64,000 nucleotides of DNA from a virus, in IMG/VR virus record IMGVR_UViG_3300043449_002191, positions 93,342 to 157,341 of that record, one strand, 5' to 3'. The notes beneath the pieces were generated by a model, which ran no database searches, was not told the origin of the DNA, and saw nothing but the letters and a program-made list of their open reading frames with translations. Positions 17,907 through 27,125 of the stretch are shown here, piece by piece. A program made the translations under genes and the position numbers. The first letter of the stretch is position 1. Each line of letters opens with the position of its first letter.

Positions 17907-19212
17907 TATATGCTCCTTCATAATAATCAGTTTTACCGAACTCTATGTTTTTAAATTCTTTTAAAAATTGTTTAGCCTGCTCTTTTAACCAGAGTCTATC
18001 CTGCCTTACTGTTTCAGAGTTTGCTATCTTACTTAACTCGCTATGCAAGAATTTGAACACCTGATAAATCTTGCCAGTTTCATGCTGCTCAAAAACCTCT
18101 TTAACAGTGGCTCCAAAATGCATTTTAATTACGTTTGGTATCATATGGCCAAACTTCTGTATAGCCTGCATCCTAATGTAAAGCTTTGGATTAGTATATT
18201 TACAGAGATCGTAGTTACCATTTGCTACAGGTCTAGCTTTAGGGATATATTCCACCTGTTTTACAGATTCGCCATTCTTAAATATATATTTAACCTTTCT
18301 AACCACATTTGCATAGGCAACTTTGCTAGCTTTTCTTTTCTTCCATACAGCAAGCTCTCTTTTGTATCCAAGAACCTTTAATCCGTCATTACCTTTGGTT
18401 CCGTACTCTCTTTCGTTAACCCACTTAGGGTACATATCTATAAACCATCGGTCAACTAATCCAAGTTCTCCAATTTCCATAAGCTCGTACATATCGCCAG
18501 TTTTGATTTTTTCAATCTGTTTAGATGCATTTTTAATGGCTAGACTTTTTAAATATTCTGATTCGTCTAAACCTATAAAATCAAAGCTCATTCTTTTTAA
18601 TGAAAATGGGGTGTGATTAATAAAAGGCAAGTCTTTTTGCTTAACTTCATTTCCACCATTTAAAGCAAGGCCAAGCCAAACTCTAATAATTCTATCCGAA
18701 GTACACCCACGCTTTCTGTTGTCAAACTTTTTTACGCTTGGTTTTGTAACAATATAAGATGCAATAAAGCCTTTTTTTTCTAAATCAGCAATAATATTAG
18801 TAACTTGTCTGCCAGATATTTTTAATATTTCAGCTATACGATTGTTGTTGATTTTTGTAAGGCCAGAATTCTGAAGGCTTCGTGCTAAAAGAATCCCATA
18901 TACACGTCTATGGTTTTTATGCTTTTCTGTTGGGTATACTGCTGTTATTAATGGAATTTTGCCTGCTGATGGAACTTCTGTTTTTTTACATTCATTTGAT
19001 AAGATGACTCCAGCAGTATTATCTGAGAAGATGTCACTTACAAACTTGTTTTTTGGAGCTACAGTTTTAATAACTTTAACCCTATGCTTAATACCAACTT
19101 CATTTGTTCGATCTTCCCACTTAGAATCCAGGTAGACTTCTGAACTTAATTCAAAATCCTCTCGACTAAGACCAATGGCTACGTTTTTATACTGGTAAAC
19201 AAATGATTTCAT
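17884..19212 (-). CDS. winged-helix DNA-binding protein (possible initiator or regulator)
   Basis: NNNRIAEILKISGRQVTNIIADLEKKGFI wHTH pattern; likely leaderless start at 19212. Confidence 0.55.
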   Translation of the reverse strand: MKSFVYQYKNVAIGLSREDFELSSEVYLDSKWEDRTNEVGIKHRVKVIKTVAPKNKFVSDIFSDNTAGVILSNECKKTEVPSAGKIPLITAVYPTEKHKNHRRVYGILLARSLQNSGLTKINNNRIAEILKISGRQVTNIIADLEKKGFIASYIVTKPSVKKFDNRKRGCTSDRIIRVWLGLALNGGNEVKQKDLPFINHTPFSLKRMSFDFIGLDESEYLKSLAIKNASKQIEKIKTGDMYELMEIGELGLVDRWFIDMYPKWVNEREYGTKGNDGLKVLGYKRELAVWKKRKASKVAYANVVRKVKYIFKNGESVKQVEYIPKARPVANGNYDLCKYTNPKLYIRMQAIQKFGHMIPNVIKMHFGATVKEVFEQHETGKIYQVFKFLHSELSKIANSETVRQDRLWLKEQAKQFLKEFKNIEFGKTDYYEGAYNESVSSR

Positions 19213-19218
19213 GATGCT

Positions 19219-19232
19219 ATTATACCTCAAAA
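19219..19232 (-). promoter_or_regulatory. -10-only promoter TTTTGAGGTATAAT, leaderless
   Basis: TATAAT 6 nt before ATG 19212; no SD. Confidence 0.6.
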
Positions 19233-19410
19233 ATGACCGCCGCCCATTAGACAAATCAATATTTCCTGGTAATAGACAATAATTTATTAACTTTAATATA
19301 ACTTTAAATAAAAGAATAATTGTTATTAAAAGCTTATCTATAACCTAGAAATATTCATCTTTTTACCGGAATAAGGTATGAAAGTGAATCTGCTATAGTC
19401 GGGCCGCACC

Positions 19411-19425
19411 AAAAAATGGTATAAT
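19411..19425 (+). promoter_or_regulatory. extended -10 promoter TGGTATAAT, leaderless
   Basis: TATAAT at 19420-19425, 6 nt before ATG 19432; no SD. Confidence 0.65.
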
Positions 19426-19431
19426 AAACAC

Positions 19432-20913
19432 ATGAAAATGCTACTTAAAAACCCTTCTCAAATAATTCTTCCTTCAGATTCAGAGGCTGTAAAAAGCTTT
19501 TTGACATTTACAGACAGGTCCGTAAACTATCAAATTAAAAGGCTTAAAGATAACTACAGGTGGAAAAACTCTGATCCAGAATCATTTCAAGAAAGGCTAG
19601 AGACTTTAAAGGATCAAGCTAAAGTCTGTCTTCTTGATTATGACGAAGATGGTAATGCAGTTACCTACTCAGGTCTAGCTAATGATTTGAACGGTAGATT
19701 TGGATGGGAGTTGCCAGATAATGAAAGTAAACTAACGGACTCAATTATACCCTGGAATAAACCCCCAGAATACTCTCTTAGGTACTATCAAAGAGATGCA
19801 GTGGATGCTTTATTTAAAGTAAAACATGGGGCTGTCAGTTTGCCTACTGGTTCTGGAAAGTCTGCAATAATTTACACTATCTGTAAAGAAAACCCAGTCC
19901 AGACTCTTATTATGACTCCCTCTAAGAGTATTACTAATCAGATTTATAATGAGTTTATTACACTATTTGGTAAAAAGCGTGTTGGTAAGTACGGTGACGG
20001 TAAAAAAGAAATTGGAAAATTATTTACTGTAGCCACTGGACAAGCTTTAACTAGGGTAGAAAAAGGAACTGAAGAGTATGAATTTTTATCAAAAACTCAG
20101 CAGTTTATAGCAGACGAAAGCCACACTACGCCAGCAGAAACATTTGAAAAGGTTTGTCTTGGAGTAGCCAAAAATTCCCAGTTTAGATTCTTTGTGTCAG
20201 CCACTCAAATTAGAACCGATGGATCTGAGCTTGTATTAAAAGGTATTACTGGACCTATAGTATACGCCAAATCATTTAGAGAGCTTGTGAATGAAGGTTA
20301 CTTAGCTAAGCCAATAGTTAGAGTAATTAAAGCGCCTGCAACTGGTTTTTCTTATACCGACATCAACAAAGAAACAAGAGCCCAACTTTACCTTAATCCA
20401 GAGGTTAACAGGATTGCTGCTGAATTTGCAACAAAAGCCGTAACAATAGCCAATAGACCCACCGTAATCTTAATAGAAGAGTTTAGGCAGTTTGTGGCTC
20501 TTAAAAACCATATTGGAATACCGTTTTCATTTGCTCATGGCGGAGCTTCTGATAGAGAAGATGCTTCTGGAGTAAAATTAAAAGATATTTTACCACAAGA
20601 ATACTGGAAATGCGATGTAGAAGAAGAGATTAGGAAGTTTAATAGTGGAGAAACTAAACTCCTTATTGGAACGTCTGCAATCTCTACTGGCGTTGATATT
20701 AAACCGACAGGCTGCATAATTTACCTCCAAGGCGGTATGTCAGAGATTTCCCTTAAACAGGGATTAGGCAGAGCCACTAGAATGGTTCCAGGAAAAATAG
20801 ATTTTATTGCAGTAGATTTTTTAGTAGAAGGTTCACCAGCAATGGAGAGACACTTTCAAGCGAGACTTAATATATATCAGGAATTAACCGACGACATAGA
20901 ATACTTGGGATAA
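19432..20913 (+). CDS. superfamily 2 DNA helicase (UvsW-like)
   Basis: LRYYQ, PTGSGKS, DESH, SAT, TGVD, QGLGRATR. Confidence 0.9.
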   Translation: MKMLLKNPSQIILPSDSEAVKSFLTFTDRSVNYQIKRLKDNYRWKNSDPESFQERLETLKDQAKVCLLDYDEDGNAVTYSGLANDLNGRFGWELPDNESKLTDSIIPWNKPPEYSLRYYQRDAVDALFKVKHGAVSLPTGSGKSAIIYTICKENPVQTLIMTPSKSITNQIYNEFITLFGKKRVGKYGDGKKEIGKLFTVATGQALTRVEKGTEEYEFLSKTQQFIADESHTTPAETFEKVCLGVAKNSQFRFFVSATQIRTDGSELVLKGITGPIVYAKSFRELVNEGYLAKPIVRVIKAPATGFSYTDINKETRAQLYLNPEVNRIAAEFATKAVTIANRPTVILIEEFRQFVALKNHIGIPFSFAHGGASDREDASGVKLKDILPQEYWKCDVEEEIRKFNSGETKLLIGTSAISTGVDIKPTGCIIYLQGGMSEISLKQGLGRATRMVPGKIDFIAVDFLVEGSPAMERHFQARLNIYQELTDDIEYLG

Positions 20914-20915
20914 AT

Positions 20916-21908
20916 ATGAAAGATCAAAAATTAGTAGATTTTAGAGTATTTGTTGGCAAGATGGATAGCATCTTGAAAGAAAATGAAAAAGAAATTGGTA
21001 AAAGCCAAAGACAGCTTTTAAATGACCTATTTTCCGTAGAAAAGCAGTTTAAAGCCTTGTTACTAAAATCAAAAGAAGGCGAAAAGGTATATGAAGATTT
21101 TATTAATTTTATCTTAGAAGAAAAAGAGAATACTTTATCATGTAGGCCATACTTTAGAGAAAGACAGGATACATTTACAAAGCGTATTTTTAATCTATTT
21201 AAGAAAAAAGACAGTAAGAGATTACAAAAATATAAAATAAATTACAAGTTTATGAAATGGGCAATAGAAAAATATACAGGAAAAAATAAAAGATCAATGA
21301 GGAAGCTAATAAAAGAAGCTGAGCATATTAGAAAAACCCTGTGCGAAAACAACCTACCGCTTGTGTTGAATAAAGTTAGAATGTTCTGGTCAAAAACACC
21401 TCAAAAACATTTGGATTATATGGATTTAGTACAGACCTCTACAGAGGGACTTCTTATTGCCATAGATAACTTTGTACCCCCATATAATACTGTTTTCAGG
21501 TCTGTGGCGATTGGCAGAATGACTTTGAATATGATGGAAGATTATAATGACACTATGGTTAAGCTTTCTCCTAAAGATAAGCGTATATTATACAGGGCTA
21601 ATAAAGCCAAGAATATAAAAGAAAACGTATCTAAAACAGAGTTAACAGACTTTGTAAATGAGTCTTTTAAAGGTGTTAGTTCAGAAGATATTGAGAACTT
21701 GCAAAAAGCTACTACAGAAATTGTAGATTTATATTCTCCTAGCTCTAGTGGACTAGCTCCAGTAGAACAAATTGCAGATAAGAACTCAATAGAAGATATT
21801 GTTGAAAAAACTCAATTAAAAGAAAGACTTATGTATTTAATGAAAAACTTAACCCTATTAGAAAGCAAAGTCTTATTGCTTAAACATGGGGAATTTGAAG
21901 GACTTTAA
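20916..21908 (+). CDS. phage sigma-70-family factor lacking region 4.2
   Basis: ENNLPLV...DYMDLVQ...GLLIAIDNF...FRSVA matches region 2; ends at LTLLESKVLLLKHG (region 4.1). Confidence 0.8.
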   Translation: MKDQKLVDFRVFVGKMDSILKENEKEIGKSQRQLLNDLFSVEKQFKALLLKSKEGEKVYEDFINFILEEKENTLSCRPYFRERQDTFTKRIFNLFKKKDSKRLQKYKINYKFMKWAIEKYTGKNKRSMRKLIKEAEHIRKTLCENNLPLVLNKVRMFWSKTPQKHLDYMDLVQTSTEGLLIAIDNFVPPYNTVFRSVAIGRMTLNMMEDYNDTMVKLSPKDKRILYRANKAKNIKENVSKTELTDFVNESFKGVSSEDIENLQKATTEIVDLYSPSSSGLAPVEQIADKNSIEDIVEKTQLKERLMYLMKNLTLLESKVLLLKHGEFEGL

Positions 21909-21917
21909 GGAGGAAAA

Positions 21918-22208
21918 ATGTCTGCTGTAACAAAAAAAGGTATTTTAGCTGTATCACAGCCACAGTTCAAAAAAGTAGAAGCCGAGCTTAAAGGCGGTAT
22001 TGCAGTTATTGCTCAAAGAATTAACTTAATCAAGGTTGATTTGGTTTTGGGGTATAATTTTAATGGAACTGAACTAACGGCTGGGGATAAAATTATCCTT
22101 AGAGGAGACAGTGGACTACAACCATGGGCTAAGCAAGTCGTTTCTTTAGATAATAAAGAATTTGTTTTGTGCCCAGAAGATCAAATTTTAGGATATGAAA
22201 AAGCATGA
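21918..22208 (+). CDS. groES: GroES-like co-chaperonin
   Basis: 96 aa; mobile-loop KGGI, AGDKII, DNKEFVLCPEDQILG match the cpn10 pattern. Confidence 0.6.
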   Translation: MSAVTKKGILAVSQPQFKKVEAELKGGIAVIAQRINLIKVDLVLGYNFNGTELTAGDKIILRGDSGLQPWAKQVVSLDNKEFVLCPEDQILGYEKA

Positions 22209-23209
22209 AAGTATTGGCCATTGGTGATATGCACGTCAAAAAAGATAACCTGGAAGAGTCGGCTAGACTCACCGATTGGATTTATTCCTTAGCTAAGGAA
22301 AAAGATCCAGATTTTATTGTCTTTTTGGGTGACCAATACGATACAATGGGTATTGTAAGAGTAGAGGTAATTGATTTCTGGACCAGGGCTTACAATAAAC
22401 TGTCAGAATACCCTGTAATATCTCTTATAGGCAATCATGATCTTAACTCAGAAGCAACAGCATCATCCATGGTATCTCACCATAAAGCAACTACGGTAGT
22501 TAAAAATACCCTAATGTATTCTGGCAACATAGGGTTTATGAGCTTTATTAGAGATAACAGTCAGTTTGAAAAAGCAGCCATGGATCTCTATAACAAAGGC
22601 GCAAGGCTTATCTTTTGTCATGCAGAATTCAATGGTGCCCAGTTTGAAAGCGGTGCATATGCCCCACACGGTATTGATGCAAATCTATTCCCAAAAGACT
22701 TAAAGTTTGTGTCGGGACACTTTCATAAAAAACAAGCTTTTGGAAACATCCAGTATTTGGGGACACCTAGACATTTAACCAGAAGCGATATAAACGAAAT
22801 AAAAGGTGTACATATTATTGATACTAACACCTTAAACATGGAATTTATAGCTACGCCACAAAGCGTATGTCAACCGTTTACTTTTATTTCCATAAACTCT
22901 GAAGAAGACTTAAAAAATATACCTACAGACATATCTGATTTTAATAAAGTGTATATAGATATTAAAGGTACGGATGAGCTTATCAAAAAAGCCAAGAAGA
23001 TTGTGCCAATAGGTGCAAAAATAAGAGTTTTTGAAGATCAGGAGCTAATTAAGACATTAGAGATAAAAGAATCAGAAGGAATACCTACAGCATTTTTAAA
23101 GTATTCTGAGAAATTCTTCAATACAAACTCGGCTTCAAAAGATACTCAAGAAGATGTAATGAACTTGGTGTATAAACTTTGCCCATCACTAAAGATTGGA
23201 GAAAAATAA
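22205..23209 (+). CDS. sbcD: SbcD/Mre11/gp47-like nuclease
   Basis: GDMH, LGD, GNHD, GHFH, YLGTP. Confidence 0.88.
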   Translation: MKVLAIGDMHVKKDNLEESARLTDWIYSLAKEKDPDFIVFLGDQYDTMGIVRVEVIDFWTRAYNKLSEYPVISLIGNHDLNSEATASSMVSHHKATTVVKNTLMYSGNIGFMSFIRDNSQFEKAAMDLYNKGARLIFCHAEFNGAQFESGAYAPHGIDANLFPKDLKFVSGHFHKKQAFGNIQYLGTPRHLTRSDINEIKGVHIIDTNTLNMEFIATPQSVCQPFTFISINSEEDLKNIPTDISDFNKVYIDIKGTDELIKKAKKIVPIGAKIRVFEDQELIKTLEIKESEGIPTAFLKYSEKFFNTNSASKDTQEDVMNLVYKLCPSLKIGEK

Positions 23210-23526
23210 TGAGTAACCCATCTTTTATGGATCAATTGGAATACTTAAAAGGCATGACAATACGACTTGATTCAATTCATGAAGCTCAAAAAACACAGTT
23301 AATGTGGTACGGATTGCTTATTAATGGAACAAAAAACGTAACCTTAAAGATAGATACAGAAAAAAAGATAGTTTATTATGAGTGCGAGGCTGATAAGTTC
23401 AGAAACTCAAAATTCAATAAAGGTTTATATCCAAAGATTGATAGCTGGGCAAAATTACTCTTATGGCCCACAACTGTAATTGTTATTTCAGTAAATGGTA
23501 AGGTTGTATATGACTCAAGGTCCTAA
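23209..23526 (+). CDS. hypothetical protein
   Basis: ATG 23209 overlapping the sbcD stop; GGAG RBS. Confidence 0.6.
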   Translation: MSNPSFMDQLEYLKGMTIRLDSIHEAQKTQLMWYGLLINGTKNVTLKIDTEKKIVYYECEADKFRNSKFNKGLYPKIDSWAKLLLWPTTVIVISVNGKVVYDSRS

Positions 23527-24202
23527 AAGTCTAATAACAGTAGACGATATTCAAAAAATGACTATAGTCCCAAGAGATAAGATCATTGAGGCTGCAGAAT
23601 TATTTCTGTCTATACCAGAATTAAATGTGCTAAAAGCATATATGGACAAAGGTGGAATGGAACTTTCTGCAGAAACTGCAGCAAGATTTTATGAGTTATT
23701 CCTAAATGGATCAGACTGCAAAGATATCTACAGGCTTAATGCCGCTTTCCCTTATGAAGCTATACTATGGTCCAGAATAAAGTATAGATGGGATTTAACA
23801 AAAGATGAATATGTGTATAAGCTTCAGGAGACAGTAAGAGAAAAAGTAATGAAAGCACAATTAGAGACAACATCTCTAATGGCTGATATGCTTACCGCTG
23901 CAAATAAAAAAAATAGCGATAAGATTAAGAAGTACCTACAAACCGGAGATGAAGAGACATTAAAAGGCGCATTATCCATTGAGTCACTGCAGTCTCTTTT
24001 AAGGATTACCGAAGGTCTGATAAAGGTCACTGGGCAAGATCGTGTGGTTAAAAATGTCACAGAAACAAAAAATACACAAAACTTAAATGTAAATGTAAAC
24101 ACTTCTAGTAAAGATGATAATTCAGATTTAAGCCCTGAAGCAGCAGCTAAAATATTGGCAGCTATAGCTGAAGATAGAAGAAAAAAGAATGAAAACAGTT
24201 AA
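23510..24202 (+). CDS. putative terminase small subunit
   Basis: Helical protein directly upstream of and overlapping the large subunit. Confidence 0.45.
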   Translation: MTQGPKSLITVDDIQKMTIVPRDKIIEAAELFLSIPELNVLKAYMDKGGMELSAETAARFYELFLNGSDCKDIYRLNAAFPYEAILWSRIKYRWDLTKDEYVYKLQETVREKVMKAQLETTSLMADMLTAANKKNSDKIKKYLQTGDEETLKGALSIESLQSLLRITEGLIKVTGQDRVVKNVTETKNTQNLNVNVNTSSKDDNSDLSPEAAAKILAAIAEDRRKKNENS

Positions 24203-26078
24203 CTTAGATCCAAATTTAACAAAAGTATTTAATACTAAGTTTGAAACAAAAGATCAAATGAAGGATTGGGTATTTTTATTTTTAGGTCTAGACTTGCCAG
24301 ATTCATATATTGACCCAGATAGCAACTCAAGTCCTATTGAGTGGATGTTTGACGTTTATAATATGTACAAAACTAATACTGCAGACCAAAGTCCATCTGT
24401 GATTACGGTAAGCTCAAGGGAAAGCTATAAAACTCTTACAGAAGCTATTCTTGCCGTTATACTCATGGGGCACTTTAATGCTACAATATGTCACATGGCT
24501 GCAATTGTTCCACAAGCCACAGCAGCTCAAAAGTATATTACTAATTTTTTAGCAAAAGTAACACCATACATGGAATACTTTGGGCGATCAATTAATTCCC
24601 AAAACGCAAAAGAAGTTTCTATTAAAAACCCAGATGGATCATCTACCTGGATGAAGATCGTCGTATGTACAATTGCCGGAGCTAATTCTAGCCACAGTAA
24701 TGTCCTTTGCGTAGACGAGGTTGATACTATTAGATCGCAAGAGGGTATACGAGCTTATAAAGAAGCGGAATTTATCCCTGGAGTTTTTAATGGGCAAAAT
24801 CCAATTACAATAAAAACCTCTACTATGAAGTTTCCAGGAGGACTTTTTTCAAAAGAAATGGAAAAAGCTTCTAAAGAAAACTGGAAAACATTTAAGTGGA
24901 ATATTTTAGATATAACTGAATATTGCCCATCAGAACGAGCTAGACCAGATCTACCTAAAAAGATCATGTACACTAGAGACAAAAAGCTACCTCTTAAAGC
25001 TATTGGTGAAAAAGAATATGAAAGTTTAACCGATAAAGAAAAAGAAGAATATATAAAGCAAGACGCAATGGGTGGGTGTGCAGGATGCCCTCTTCTCCCC
25101 GTTTGTAAAGGTAGATTACACCAAAGAAGGCCATCGGATAAAGGTGGGTTATGGAAACCGATTTCTTTTACTATATCGCAATTTAAAAAAACAGACCCAG
25201 ACTTAGGCGAAGCCCAGCTAATGTGTTGGAAGCCGTCTTCTCAAGGTATGGTTTATGGTAGATTTCTAGAAAGAGCTGACGGTAAAGGAAACACATATAC
25301 ACTAAAACAGGCATGGGAAGTTTTTACTGGGGACGAAGCTCCAGAAAATGTAAATATTACAATGCTGACCCAGCTCATGAAAGAAAAGGGAATCTCTTTT
25401 TACGCAGGGGTTGACTGGGGATTTAGACATTATTTTGCTATTACTATCTCAGCATTAATGCCAAACAAAGAATGGTGGATCATTGACTCTTATGCTGTTT
25501 CTGGGCTAGAGTTTGAGCAAATGATGGACCTTGCTATGCAGGTTAGGGATATCTATAAACCTAAAATGTGGTTTGCGGATACCGCCCAACCCATGTTTAT
25601 CAAAGCTTTTAAGAAAAACAAAATGCCTTGCAAAAACTTCAAAAAAGATGTTATGGGGGGTATCTCTGCCGTTCGTGGCCAGATCGTTGATGCAAAAGAT
25701 ACCAGAAGGCTTAAAGTTATCATACATGACAGAAACGAAAGCGTCTTGATAGGGTTCAGAGAGCATACTTTTATGCTGGACTCCTTGGGGAATATAACTC
25801 AAGAGCCTGATGATTCGGAAGTTGCAGATACAATGGATACCTTAAGATATCAAGCTCAGAACTTATTTGCACCAAAAAACAAGCCAACAGTTACAGAAAA
25901 TATAGAAAAATCAACTATTTATATGGATAATCCATATGGAGATAGGCCAGAATTCCAAACTCCTCAGCACAGTTGGAACGAAATCAAGAAAAAAGCAATG
26001 ATTTCAACAGCTAAGGAAGAAATAACAGGGGACACAAAAGGAAGTGACGGCATAATCTGGACCTTTGACGATGAATAA
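24189..26078 (+). CDS. terL: terminase large subunit
   Basis: Deviant Walker A SRESYKT, Walker B LCVDEVD, coupling TST, nuclease GVDWG and DTMDTLRY; upstream of the portal. Confidence 0.85.
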   Translation: MKTVNLDPNLTKVFNTKFETKDQMKDWVFLFLGLDLPDSYIDPDSNSSPIEWMFDVYNMYKTNTADQSPSVITVSSRESYKTLTEAILAVILMGHFNATICHMAAIVPQATAAQKYITNFLAKVTPYMEYFGRSINSQNAKEVSIKNPDGSSTWMKIVVCTIAGANSSHSNVLCVDEVDTIRSQEGIRAYKEAEFIPGVFNGQNPITIKTSTMKFPGGLFSKEMEKASKENWKTFKWNILDITEYCPSERARPDLPKKIMYTRDKKLPLKAIGEKEYESLTDKEKEEYIKQDAMGGCAGCPLLPVCKGRLHQRRPSDKGGLWKPISFTISQFKKTDPDLGEAQLMCWKPSSQGMVYGRFLERADGKGNTYTLKQAWEVFTGDEAPENVNITMLTQLMKEKGISFYAGVDWGFRHYFAITISALMPNKEWWIIDSYAVSGLEFEQMMDLAMQVRDIYKPKMWFADTAQPMFIKAFKKNKMPCKNFKKDVMGGISAVRGQIVDAKDTRRLKVIIHDRNESVLIGFREHTFMLDSLGNITQEPDDSEVADTMDTLRYQAQNLFAPKNKPTVTENIEKSTIYMDNPYGDRPEFQTPQHSWNEIKKKAMISTAKEEITGDTKGSDGIIWTFDDE

Positions 26079-26087
26079 AGCTAATAG

Positions 26088-26097
26088 CCTAATCTTA
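26088..26097 (+). promoter_or_regulatory. CCTAATCTTA candidate late promoter
   Basis: Exact motif in the terL-26144 gap; a second -10 element TTTTGTGGTATAAT lies at 26113-26126. Confidence 0.7.
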
Positions 26098-26143
26098 TAG
26101 AAAGATTAATAGTTTTGTGGTATAATACTTTTGAGGAAAAGTC

Positions 26144-27121
26144 ATGAATAATCATATTTTAAACATTATCAATCAATTTATGTGCTACAGTGACCCATCC
26201 GTTACTGATAATCCTCACCAAAGAGCTTTTGATCACCGTAGAGCAATCAATACATTGTCTGTAAAAAATCCATACTCTAGCTCTAAAGTATTGGCACCAG
26301 GGCAATCCTTTAAGTTAATTGATAGCACAACAGAGCATGGCTTCCAAGCTGGAAGCACTATACTTACCTTAGACCTTATTTCTGCGGAAGAATCTTTGTA
26401 CCGATTGTCAGTTAGCGGTCCTGCAGATTTAAAAACGGCACGTTCTGTATCCTCAATTACTTCATGTGCAGTTACAGTAAACAATAACGCTGTAGTAGAG
26501 TTTAATTTTTCTGGAGCCACACTTACAGGAGTCCAAGCTGGAGATCTTCTTAGAATCAAGGGTGCCGTATTACACGACTCTGGAGTCTGCGCTTTTAATC
26601 CGCTTAATTCAGGTTTTTGGAAAATTTTGGCTGTTTCTGGAACAAAAGTAAGCTGCGTTAGGCCAGCAGGTGATGTGGATCAAGCTATTGCAGAAAATAT
26701 AGCAGATGCATCAAGTGATGTTGAATTTTTTGCAGATGACGGAGTTCAAAAAGGAAATAAAATATCGATCAGCGGTACTTTAAGCGTAGTCTCTCAAAGA
26801 GTTTATGAAATTAAAGATGTTACTCCAAGCTATATTGATTTTGTATCTACTCAACCGCTACCATTGGAATCTGACCTTGCTTATGAAGCAGATTCTATTG
26901 TTATCTATAGCATGGTAAAAAAGTTCTTCTATATCGAATGTGATCAAGAGTGTGTAATCAGATTTAATGGAGATACTGGAGATTCTAACAAATTATCTCC
27001 AATCGCTGCAGGAAATAGCCAATTGCCAGCATTTATGTCTAAAGTTGGCGATAGCTATATATGTGAGATTGTAAATAAGTCAATCAACTCCTGCAATATT
27101 AAATTCTTTACTTGTGAGTAA
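26144..27121 (+). CDS. putative virion structural protein
   Basis: Beta-rich 325 aa ORF between terminase and portal. Confidence 0.5.
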   Translation: MNNHILNIINQFMCYSDPSVTDNPHQRAFDHRRAINTLSVKNPYSSSKVLAPGQSFKLIDSTTEHGFQAGSTILTLDLISAEESLYRLSVSGPADLKTARSVSSITSCAVTVNNNAVVEFNFSGATLTGVQAGDLLRIKGAVLHDSGVCAFNPLNSGFWKILAVSGTKVSCVRPAGDVDQAIAENIADASSDVEFFADDGVQKGNKISISGTLSVVSQRVYEIKDVTPSYIDFVSTQPLPLESDLAYEADSIVIYSMVKKFFYIECDQECVIRFNGDTGDSNKLSPIAAGNSQLPAFMSKVGDSYICEIVNKSINSCNIKFFTCE

Positions 27122-27125
27122 TTAA

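Noticed and set aside
183-26078. Inteins or introns in dnaE, nrdAB, helicase, terL
   Set aside because: Normal lengths, continuous frames, no intein termini or LAGLIDADG motifs seen
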